Below, one piece after another: positions 54,064-62,084 of a DNA stretch of 64,000 nt. Made by a program: the position numbers and the translations under genes. The notes below the pieces were generated by a model that searched no databases, was not told the DNA's origin, and saw nothing but the letters and a program-made list of their open reading frames with translations. This stretch comes from an uncultured candidatus Porisulfidus sp. (GTDB lineage: Bacteria; Pseudomonadota; Gammaproteobacteria; Poriferisulfidales; Poriferisulfidaceae), in assembly GCA_965204575.1 (NCBI GenBank), contig OZ241993.1:1241674-1305673 (forward strand), given 5' to 3'. The stretch's first letter is position 1; each line of letters starts with the position of its first letter.

Positions 54064-56487
54064 ATGCACCGAGCCTTCCGCTTGAGTCAAGTCAGGCCAG
54101 GCTTGGCAGGGTCATGCGCGATCGCAGAATTTAAAAGCAAGCGGACAAGAAAGGACGCGAGCAACAGAATGCCACCACGCGAAACCCCACGGCCTGGAAT
54201 ACTGAAAAAAGTCACAGCGGCTGATCTTGGTTTTGTCGAACTCCCGGCACTAACGCCGCATCTTGAATTCCGCCTCATTGAAGAAGGGCAGGTGCTGTTG
54301 GTTTCCGAAACCTTCAATACATTGCTCCGCGAAAAGGTTCACACGGACCTCTTGCCGCTCCTCGACGGACACCATTCGCATCATGACATTGCCGAGACCC
54401 TGGCCGGAGCGTATTCGGAATCCGAAATTCAAACCGCCATTGCTTCTTTGGTCGCGAGAGGGTATGTCGTTTCCGGCAACCACCTCATGGAACGAGGGCA
54501 AGCAGCATTCTGGTCCTCGCTGGGTGTCTCTCCCCGATGGGCCGAGGGGCGTTTGGCGGCGGCGAAAGTGGAAGTTGCCGGCGATGATGACCAGCTCGCT
54601 CGCAGGCTAGATGCTCTGGGCATAGCCGTGGGCACCGACCATCCGGCTCTTTCGGTCATTGTTTGCGAGGATTATCTCGACGATCAGCATGCCGGGATCA
54701 ATCAACGCCACCTTGCGTCCGGCGAGCCGTGGATGTTGGCGCAACCGAAAGGCATTCGGCCTTTATTCGGCCCGGTATTCCGGCCCTCGGAGCAAGGCCC
54801 ATGCTGGGCCTGCCTGACCTATCGCATGCGCGGCCATCAAGAGGTCCATAATTTCCTGCGCAACCTTGCTGGAGAGGATGCGGCTTTTTCGCCTTTTGCC
54901 GCTGAATCCTCCGTCCTGGATTCGGTGTATGGACTGATTGCTGTCGAGATCGCCAAGTGGGTGGTGCTTGAGGAAATGGCTCCCCTCCATGAACAGGCGA
55001 TTTCGTTCGACACTGCTCGCCTGAGCAGCGAATACCATCCGGTCATGCGCCGGCCTCAGTGTTTCGCATGCGGGGAGGAGGCGCTCTATCGCGCGGACCG
55101 GCCGCCCGTTCCGGTGCAGCTGCGATCAAGCCCGAAAAACATATGTAACAGTGGAGGGGCGCGTTCGGTTTCTCCAGAAGAGACTCTTGCCCGATATCGC
55201 CATCTGGTCAGTCCGGTCAGTGGGGTCGTTTCATGGGTCACGCGAATCACGGATGAAACAGACCCTTGGTTGCATGTACATTGGGCGGGGAGCAATTTCG
55301 CGCTGCAAAGCATGAAATTGAGTTCATTGCGGCGCAGTTTGCGGAGCAAGAGCGCGGGCAAGGGCAGCACGCCGAAGCAATCCGAGGCAAGCGCTCTCTG
55401 TGAGGCGGTCGAACGCTACTGCGGTGCCTTTCACGGAGATGAGATTTGCTGTCAAAGGCGGTTCTCGGAGTTTTCTCAGGCTGGGGAATCAGAAGCGGTC
55501 CACCCGAACGATGTCCAGTTGTTCAGCGATTGGCAACTGGATCATGCTGAGGAAATTGATGCCGAGGGTCACCCCTGCAATGTTGTTCCATCGCGTTTCG
55601 ACCCCGGTGCGAAGCTTGGTTGGTCGCCGGTATGGTCGCTGACCGAGGGCCGGCACCGATACCTGCCGACATCAATGCTCTACAGCATGCCCAGTGAACA
55701 TCAAGAGCGTTCGGGGCTTAAAGCGGATTCGAACGGGTGCGCCGCCGGGAACACCCTGGAAGAAGCCATCTTGCAGGGATTTTTCGAACTGGTTGAACGC
55801 GATGCTTTTGCCATTTGGTGGTACAACCGGCTGCATTTGCCTGGAGTAAACCTGGAGAGTTTCAATGATGACTACTTGGCGTGCGCGTGTGACCGCTATC
55901 GAGACTTTCATCGCGAGTTGTGGGTGCTGGACGTGACCAACGATCTTGGCATTCCCGTCTTCGTCGCCGTCTCCCGCAGAATCGACAAGGATGAGGAAGA
56001 TATCATCTATGCGGCCGGGGCGCATACAGACCCGCACATTGCTGCTCTACGCGCGGTGTGTGAGTTGAATCAATTTCTGAACTTGATCCAGGGAAGGAGA
56101 CAGGCCTCCGCAAGTGTGGCAGTCAATGACCCGACATGCCGCTGGTGGTGGAAGAATGCAAGGCTGGCGGACCATTCCTACCTCGCGCCAGCTTCCGCCG
56201 TCAAGCCAAAGGGGAAGGCGGATTATTCCGTTCCCGACACCACGGACATAAAAGAGGATGTGGAGCAATGCCGTGCGGTGGTCGAATCCAAAGGCATGGA
56301 GTTCTTGGTGCTCGATCAGACACGACCCGATATCGGGATGTCCGTGGTGCGGGTCATTGTGCCTGGCCTGCGCCACTTTTGGCCACGTTATGCCCCAGGG
56401 CGCTTGTTCGAAGTGCCGGTTGGGATGAAATGGCGTGAGAACCCGATTACGGAAGCGGAAGTCAACCCCGCCCCGGTCATTGTCTGA
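54064..56487 (+). CDS. Fused E1-like/YcaO azoline-forming cyclodehydratase (PatD/TruD/LynD-like heterocyclase)
   Basis: N-terminus resembles PatD (LTPHLEFRLIEEGQVLLVSE..., wHTH LLPLLDGHHSHHDIAETL...LVARGYVV). Two CxxC pairs (GPCWACL, PQCFACG). YcaO half carries SALCEAVERYCG, NGCAAGNTLEEAILQGFFELVERDAF and a Pro-rich C-terminus NPAPVIV. An alternative ATG at 54169 gives 772 aa. Confidence 0.8.
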   Translation: MHRAFRLSQVRPGLAGSCAIAEFKSKRTRKDASNRMPPRETPRPGILKKVTAADLGFVELPALTPHLEFRLIEEGQVLLVSETFNTLLREKVHTDLLPLLDGHHSHHDIAETLAGAYSESEIQTAIASLVARGYVVSGNHLMERGQAAFWSSLGVSPRWAEGRLAAAKVEVAGDDDQLARRLDALGIAVGTDHPALSVIVCEDYLDDQHAGINQRHLASGEPWMLAQPKGIRPLFGPVFRPSEQGPCWACLTYRMRGHQEVHNFLRNLAGEDAAFSPFAAESSVLDSVYGLIAVEIAKWVVLEEMAPLHEQAISFDTARLSSEYHPVMRRPQCFACGEEALYRADRPPVPVQLRSSPKNICNSGGARSVSPEETLARYRHLVSPVSGVVSWVTRITDETDPWLHVHWAGSNFALQSMKLSSLRRSLRSKSAGKGSTPKQSEASALCEAVERYCGAFHGDEICCQRRFSEFSQAGESEAVHPNDVQLFSDWQLDHAEEIDAEGHPCNVVPSRFDPGAKLGWSPVWSLTEGRHRYLPTSMLYSMPSEHQERSGLKADSNGCAAGNTLEEAILQGFFELVERDAFAIWWYNRLHLPGVNLESFNDDYLACACDRYRDFHRELWVLDVTNDLGIPVFVAVSRRIDKDEEDIIYAAGAHTDPHIAALRAVCELNQFLNLIQGRRQASASVAVNDPTCRWWWKNARLADHSYLAPASAVKPKGKADYSVPDTTDIKEDVEQCRAVVESKGMEFLVLDQTRPDIGMSVVRVIVPGLRHFWPRYAPGRLFEVPVGMKWRENPITEAEVNPAPVIV

Positions 56488-56853
56488 TCTGTCGATATTG
56501 ACGTCATAAAAACAATACCGGGCTACCGAAGGGGACCTTCATCAAGAGCAGGCTCCACGGGATGATTTCCTGAGCGGCTTCAGAAGCCGTTCGCTACCCC
56601 AGTTGATTGGTGATCCGGGTCGGGAAGGAATCCTGAGGCGCGTTAGCGGGCTTCCCATCACCATGGCGGCACGGTTTAGCTGGGCGGAATCCCCGGCACC
56701 AGCAATGTCCTGCTGGGGTCAAACCACTCACAAAGACAGAGGCTCGGGCGCCAGTGGCCGACTTCCAGAACGGGAAGCGCATCTGGATATTGATTTATTT
56801 TTCGGGGTGATTTTTTTATGCGAAAGCCTGAAGTGCCACCACATTAACCATAG

Positions 56854-56883
56854 ATGGCGCAGAGAGATTACTTTCTGCGCCAT
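56854..56883. other. 10-bp perfect hairpin downstream of the precursor gene
   Basis: atggcgcaga-gagattactt-tctgcgccat, 63 nt past the precursor stop on the minus strand. No U-tract. Confidence 0.3.
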
Positions 56884-56945
56884 TAAGTATGTGTTCCACC
56901 GAAGAGCTTGAAACTAACTGAACACCCCTAAGCAGTCGAGTTTAA

Positions 56946-57221
56946 TTACGTGCAGAAAAGAACCCCTGCAGCAATCATCTCCAACTGTTCCTCGCTCAGT
57001 TCGGGACCGGCTGGCAATGACAGATGAAATGTGTTTGCATCGTTTTGATGCACCACGATTGTCAAACTTTCTGGCAATTCCACACCGAACTCGTCAGCAA
57101 TCACAGTTTTCGGGTCGGAGATGAGTTGCTGGCGAAAGCCAGCATCCTCTATTGCGCGATCTGTTAAATGCTGACGCATTTGATCAGCCCTTTCGGCTAT
57201 TGCTTCGTACAACTCTTCCAT
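56946..57221 (-). CDS. NHLP (nitrile hydratase leader peptide)-type RiPP precursor, predicted core VLFCT
   Basis: 91 aa: MEELYEAIAERADQMRQHLTDRAIEDAGFRQQLISDPKTVIADEFGVELPESLTIVVHQNDANTFHLSLPAGPELSEEQLEMIAAG-VLFCT. GAGGG SD about 8 nt upstream of the ATG at 57221. The track ORF starts further upstream at 57320. Confidence 0.7.
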   Translation of the reverse strand: MEELYEAIAERADQMRQHLTDRAIEDAGFRQQLISDPKTVIADEFGVELPESLTIVVHQNDANTFHLSLPAGPELSEEQLEMIAAGVLFCT

Positions 57222-57245
57222 ATTGATTCCCTCGCTAGTTGTAAT

Positions 57246-57259
57246 CCACATGCATGTGG
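57246..57259. promoter_or_regulatory. Perfect 14-bp palindrome in the precursor / TraB-like divergent control region
   Basis: CCACATGCATGTGG. Lies between a candidate extended -10 (minus-strand TGCTATACT, 57269..57277) and the precursor SD. Confidence 0.3.
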
Positions 57260-57398
57260 GTTGATTCAAGTATAGCAAGACTTGTAGGGAACTCGTTCGA
57301 ATGTGCGGGTTCATGTGCACGTGCTAGACCCGTCCCGATATGCGTCTCTATGTTAGACTTGCGGCAATCATTTTCCAGAGGTTTTTCCTTTCCTCAAG

Positions 57399-58325
57399 AT
57401 GCCTGATCGCCTGACCCTAGCTGCGCTCATCGCGTTGTTGCTCGTCCTGTTGGCGGGCTCCATTTCCGTCTCCCAAAGACCGGCACCGTTTTCGGAAGGT
57501 GTCTTTTGGCAGGTGAGCAAGGACGGCGAGATCGTCGGGCACATTCTCGGCACCATCCACAGCAATGACGAACGCGTCACGCGGATTCCGGAACGGGTCA
57601 TGGACGTGTTTACGAAATCATCAGCCTATGCCATTGAGGCGTTTCCCGGGAGTGAACTGTGGAACCCCTACCATGGGCTTCAGAATATTCGTGGCCGCAT
57701 GATGCTGCCGGGCAAGCAGACACTTGCGGAGGTCGCCGGTGAGGAACTGGCGAAGAAGGTGTATACGATTCTCAAGAGCAATTACGTCGATGAGGAATTT
57801 GCACGCCGCGTAAAACCGTGGGCCGCGATCCACAGTCTCGCCATTAAGTCAGAGCACCAAGGACCGATCGTGGATCAGAAGCTCCTGGACCTGGCGGTGC
57901 TGCAGGACAAGGAGTTGTATCAAATCGAGAGTCCGGAAGAGTTGCTGGCTGCGTTCTATGCAATGCCGATGGATTCGCAGGTCTCGTTGCTGAAAGACAA
58001 GTTGCGGGCCTTTCCAGAGATGCGCAATACCATGGAAGACATCGTTCTGGCCTACGGGCGCGAAGACCTGCAGGCCATGATGGACCTGTCGACGGACTTT
58101 ATTGACAAGGACCCGGACAAACGGAAACATTATGAGATGTATGTCAAGCATGCCATCGATATTCGAAGCATTGTGATGACGCACTACATGGGCGCAGCGT
58201 TTCGCGAGGGCAATGCGTTCATTGCCGTCGGGGCCTTGCATTTGTATGGAAAGAACGGAGTGCTGGCGTTGCTTGGCCAAGAATTCTACGGCCAATACGA
58301 AGTGGAACGAATCCTGATCAAGTAA
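57399..58325 (+). CDS. Secreted TraB/GumN (TIKI-fold) family protein
   Basis: Signal/anchor MPDRLTLAALIALLLVLLAGSIS. Family motifs GHILGTIHSND and AVGALHLYG. 308 aa. Confidence 0.7.
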   Translation: MPDRLTLAALIALLLVLLAGSISVSQRPAPFSEGVFWQVSKDGEIVGHILGTIHSNDERVTRIPERVMDVFTKSSAYAIEAFPGSELWNPYHGLQNIRGRMMLPGKQTLAEVAGEELAKKVYTILKSNYVDEEFARRVKPWAAIHSLAIKSEHQGPIVDQKLLDLAVLQDKELYQIESPEELLAAFYAMPMDSQVSLLKDKLRAFPEMRNTMEDIVLAYGREDLQAMMDLSTDFIDKDPDKRKHYEMYVKHAIDIRSIVMTHYMGAAFREGNAFIAVGALHLYGKNGVLALLGQEFYGQYEVERILIK

Positions 58326-58392
58326 CCCGCCTGGCCCCGCTGCCGCGGAACAAGCCGGTCTCCATTACACGTTCGGTGACGGGGTGCTTCCC

Positions 58393-59085
58393 TCAACTGC
58401 GTCCGTAAACCGGCACGACGGCGCCGTTGATGGATTTGCTGGATGGATTGGCGAGATGGATGATGGCTGCGGCGAGGTCCTCGGGTGGCACCCACTTTGA
58501 ATGATCCGCATTGGGCATGTCGGAGCGATTTCGAGGAGTGTCAATGGTGCCGGGCAGGATGCAGTTGGCCGTGATTCCGGTTTCGGCGCATTCCAGGGCA
58601 ATCACTTCCGTCAGGGTGACCACGGCCGCTTTCGAGACACAGTAGGGAGCCATTCGCGCCCCCGGCTTGCGCACGGCGCGGGCCCCCACGTTGATGATGC
58701 GACCGAAATCCGCCTCCCGCATGATCGGCAGGGCGTACTTGCAGGCCAGCCAGGCGGTGACGGCATTAATCCGAAACATGTCGGCCCAATCGTCCAGGGT
58801 GGTTTCTTCGACTTTCGGTCCCATCGCGAAGCCGCCCGCAATGTTGGCGAGGATATCGATGCGGCCATGTTGCTGGTGGATTGCACTGAAAGTTTCACGC
58901 ACGGAGGACTCGTCGGTCAGGTCGCAGGCATGAGCTGCGGAACTTGGCACGTCTTCCAATCGCTTGGCATCGCGGTCCACGGCAACGGTGGTGGCGCCAC
59001 ATTCTCCGAAACGACGGACTGTAGCTTGGCCCAACACCCCAGCGGCTCCGGTGACGACAGCGATGTGGTCGGTAAAGAGGTTCAT
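58393..59085 (-). CDS. Short-chain dehydrogenase/reductase (SDR)
   Basis: VVTGAAGVLG (TGxxxGxG), NIAG, YCVSKAA (YxxxK). ATG at 59085. Confidence 0.85.
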   Translation of the reverse strand: MNLFTDHIAVVTGAAGVLGQATVRRFGECGATTVAVDRDAKRLEDVPSSAAHACDLTDESSVRETFSAIHQQHGRIDILANIAGGFAMGPKVEETTLDDWADMFRINAVTAWLACKYALPIMREADFGRIINVGARAVRKPGARMAPYCVSKAAVVTLTEVIALECAETGITANCILPGTIDTPRNRSDMPNADHSKWVPPEDLAAAIIHLANPSSKSINGAVVPVYGRS

Positions 59086-59110
59086 GGACAGACCGTACGT
59101 AGCGGCAGGT

Positions 59111-60799
59111 TCATTGTAGGGCCCAGCCGGGGATTTCGCCCAACAGGCCGAAGACCCAATGGCCAAGGCTAAAGACCAGTGTAGTCAGTATGACGACCGA
59201 CAGGATGTCGAGCCAGACTCCGGCGATGACCATCTTGATGATCGGAACTCGTCGCGAACCGTAGACGATGGCATTGGGCGGGGTGGAAATCGGCAGCATG
59301 AATGCGCAAGAGGCAGCCAAGGCCGTTGGGATCAGCAACAACAGGGGATGCACCTCGATGCCTTGCGCGAGGCTGGCCATGATCGGGATGGCCGTGGAGG
59401 TGGTGGCCGTGTTGGAGGTCAGTTCGGTCAGGCTGGTGATGAAGCCAATCGTGCTCATCACAACCACAAGAGAACTACTGTCGTGCAGCAGGATCTCAAA
59501 CTGTTGGGCCGCCCAAGCAGACAGGCCGGATACGCCGAACCCCTTGGCCAAGGCCAAGCCCCCTCCGAACAGGATCAGCACGCCCCAGGGGACCTTGTTC
59601 AGGTCATCTGTGTCCAGCAATCGGCCATGGGTCGATTTGGCGGGAAGCGCGAACAGGAGAAGAGCCATGGCGATGGCGACCGTGCTGTCGTCGACCATCG
59701 GGCCAACGGCGGCAATGTCGAACCGGGCCAGAAACAGATCCAGGTAATGGCTCCAGCCGAAGATATCGACATCGCTGCCGAACAGGTATTTCTTGCGGGT
59801 GAACCAGAGAGCGATCAGGGTGGCAAAGACCGCTAAAACTCTTTTCTCCTCGGGGCTCATCGGTCCGAGCTCCCGGTGCTGCCGGGCAATCAGGTCGCCG
59901 CCGCTGAACTGGCCGGTGGGGGGCAGGGGGAAGACCAAGCGGGTCAGCAGGAACCATGCGCACCCCAGAAACAAGAGTGAGAAAGGCATGGCCATCATTG
60001 ACCAGGAAGCGAACGAAATGGAAGGCGCCTGGGGGTATAGCTGTTCGAACTGGGCGACCAGAATGGCGTTGGGCGGCGTGCCCGTCAGGGTGGCCATGCC
60101 GCCGATGGAGGCGGCATACGCAAGCCCCAGCAGCAGGGCAAAGGAAAAGTTCCTTTCGCGGGGATGCGGAGAGGTGTCGGCGGCTCCCTGGGTGGCATGG
60201 AACTCCTCGCGGAACAGAACGACAGACAACGCGATCGGAAGCAACATCATGGTGGTGGCAGTATTGGAAAGCCACATCGAGAGAAGGGCGGCTGCCAGCA
60301 TGAATCCAAGCACGAGTGCGTCGAGCCGGTCGCCCATGATGCGCAGGATGTTCAGCGCAATTCGCTTGTGCAGATTCCATTTCTGCACGGAGATCGCAAC
60401 CAGGAACCCGCCCAGCAGAAGAAAAGTGACCCAGCTCATGTACTGGGTGACCACGTTATGGAGACTGATACTCAGGTCGCCGGGGACCAGGCCGCCGCCC
60501 AGCGCGGCATCTCCGAAATCAACCTTCCCCGAGACATCGGTGTAGCGGCCCCGCATGATGCCCATGGCCGGGAACAGCACCAGCGGCATCAGGGCGGTCG
60601 CGGCGATCGGGATGGCTTCGCTGACCCACCAGATGGCCATCCAGGCGGTGATGGCCACCATGCGGGTGACCATCGGATTTCCGGGATCGAGGTCCGTGAA
60701 GGCGAGAATCAGGACGAATGCCAGCGGTCCGAGCCATAGCCCGATCCGGTTGCGCAGGGTGACCGGCCCGTCGTCATGCCATGTGGGGCGAGCGAACAT
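59111..60799 (-). CDS. SLC13/DASS family anion:Na+ symporter-like permease
   Basis: 562 aa polytopic membrane protein. SNTATT-type motifs occur twice (WLSNTATTMMLLPI and ELTSNTATTSTAIPI), typical of the DASS inverted repeat. Confidence 0.75.
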   Translation of the reverse strand: MFARPTWHDDGPVTLRNRIGLWLGPLAFVLILAFTDLDPGNPMVTRMVAITAWMAIWWVSEAIPIAATALMPLVLFPAMGIMRGRYTDVSGKVDFGDAALGGGLVPGDLSISLHNVVTQYMSWVTFLLLGGFLVAISVQKWNLHKRIALNILRIMGDRLDALVLGFMLAAALLSMWLSNTATTMMLLPIALSVVLFREEFHATQGAADTSPHPRERNFSFALLLGLAYAASIGGMATLTGTPPNAILVAQFEQLYPQAPSISFASWSMMAMPFSLLFLGCAWFLLTRLVFPLPPTGQFSGGDLIARQHRELGPMSPEEKRVLAVFATLIALWFTRKKYLFGSDVDIFGWSHYLDLFLARFDIAAVGPMVDDSTVAIAMALLLFALPAKSTHGRLLDTDDLNKVPWGVLILFGGGLALAKGFGVSGLSAWAAQQFEILLHDSSSLVVVMSTIGFITSLTELTSNTATTSTAIPIMASLAQGIEVHPLLLLIPTALAASCAFMLPISTPPNAIVYGSRRVPIIKMVIAGVWLDILSVVILTTLVFSLGHWVFGLLGEIPGWALQ

Positions 60800-60814
60800 A
60801 GGGTAGGTTCCGAC

Positions 60815-60843
60815 AAAAAGCGCACGCGGGAATGGCGTGCGCT
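60815..60843 (-). terminator. Rho-independent terminator after nrdB
   Basis: Minus strand: agcgcacgc-cattccc-gcgtgcgct followed by ttttt. Confidence 0.75.
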
Positions 60844-60864
60844 AGGATGAGACTCAACTGTTGG

Positions 60865-62058
60865 TCAGTCCCAACTGAGTGCCCCCCCGGTCTGGTATTC
60901 GGTCACCCGGGTTTCGAAAAAGTTCTTTTCCTTCTTCAGATCCAGGGTTTCCGACATCCACTGAAACGGGTTCTGCGCGCCGGGGAATTGCGCGGGCAGG
61001 CCGACTTGGGCGAGCCTGCGATTGGCAATGAACTTGACGTAGTCCTCGAATACAGGAGCGTTCATCCCCAGGATGCCGCGCGGCATGGTGTCGTAGGCGT
61101 AGGCGATTTCCAATTCCACGCCTTCCATGATCAGGTCGATCATCTGTTGCTGGAATTCTCCGGACCACAACTGCGGATTTTCGATCTTGATCTGGTTGAT
61201 GACGTCGATCCCGAAATTCATATGCATGGACTCGTCACGCAGGATGTATTGGAACTGTTCGGCAACGCCGGTCAACTTGTTTCGGCGGCCCATCGACAGG
61301 ATCTGCGAGAACCCCACGTAGAAGAAAATTCCCTCGAAGACCACGTAGAACGCGATCAGGTCGCGCAACAGGCGCTGGTCGTTCTCAAAAGTCCCGGTCT
61401 GGAAGTTCGGGTCGCCCAGGCTCTGGGTGAAGGGAAGCGCCCACTCCGCCTTGCGTGCCACGGACGGCAGTTCGCGGTACATGTTGAAGACTTCGCCTTG
61501 GTCCAGGCCCAGCGATTCGACGCAGTATTGGTAGGCATGGGTGTGAATGGCCTCTTCGAATGCCTGGCGAAGCAGGTATTGCCGGCATTCCGGGTTGGTG
61601 ATGTGGCGGTATACGGCCAGCACCAGGTTGTTGGCGACCAGCGAATCGGCGGTGGAGAAGAATCCGAGGTTGCGCATGACGATCATGCGTTCGTCCTCGG
61701 TCAGGCCGTCCGGGTTCTTCCACAACTCGATGTCCGCGGTCATGTTGATTTCCTGCGGCATCCAGTGATTGTTGCAGGCGGCCAGGTATTTCTCCCAGGC
61801 CCAGGTGTACTTGAAGGGAACCAGTTGATTCAGGTCGGCACGGCAGTTGATGATCTGTTTGTCATCGACCTGGATACGGGCCGCGCCCATCTCCAGGGTT
61901 TCCAGGCCAGTGGCCCCGGCGCCGGTTTCGGCAGGGGGTGTTTCCGTGACGGCCGGAGCCTCGGGCAGGCGGGGTTCCAGGGCGAGGTCGGCGGCTGGCG
62001 GTGGGGAGCTCGACGGGGAGAGCGGATCGTCCCAGGCGGTAGGAGTCATGGATGTCAT
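60865..62058 (-). CDS. nrdB: Ribonucleoside-diphosphate reductase beta subunit (class Ia)
   Basis: Iron ligand motifs [10 protein letters not shown] and [15 protein letters not shown] at 62058 is preceded by AAGGAGG. Pro/Ala-rich N-terminal extension. Confidence 0.9.
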   Translation of the reverse strand: MTSMTPTAWDDPLSPSSSPPPAADLALEPRLPEAPAVTETPPAETGAGATGLETLEMGAARIQVDDKQIINCRADLNQLVPFKYTWAWEKYLAACNNHWMPQEINMTADIELWKNPDGLTEDERMIVMRNLGFFSTADSLVANNLVLAVYRHITNPECRQYLLRQAFEEAIHTHAYQYCVESLGLDQGEVFNMYRELPSVARKAEWALPFTQSLGDPNFQTGTFENDQRLLRDLIAFYVVFEGIFFYVGFSQILSMGRRNKLTGVAEQFQYILRDESMHMNFGIDVINQIKIENPQLWSGEFQQQMIDLIMEGVELEIAYAYDTMPRGILGMNAPVFEDYVKFIANRRLAQVGLPAQFPGAQNPFQWMSETLDLKKEKNFFETRVTEYQTGGALSWD

Positions 62059-62084
62059 AGTGATCCTCCTTGTCGGTTCGGGGA

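Noticed and set aside
56594-56911. ORFs 56594..56782 (-) and 56603..56911 (+) in the gap between heterocyclase and precursor, considered as extra RiPP genes or a second precursor
   Set aside because: They overlap each other on opposite strands and lack SD sequences. One uses a TTG start. The translations are Arg/Gly/Pro-rich without Cys/Ser/Thr-rich C-termini or leader-like motifs. The region may instead be a relic intergenic or pseudogene segment.
58393-60799. SDR and DASS permease as tailoring enzyme and exporter of the RiPP locus
   Set aside because: Both have host-like high GC. They sit on the far side of the TraB-like gene in the opposite orientation, and neither family is an established azoline-RiPP component. 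They are mentioned only as untested neighbours.
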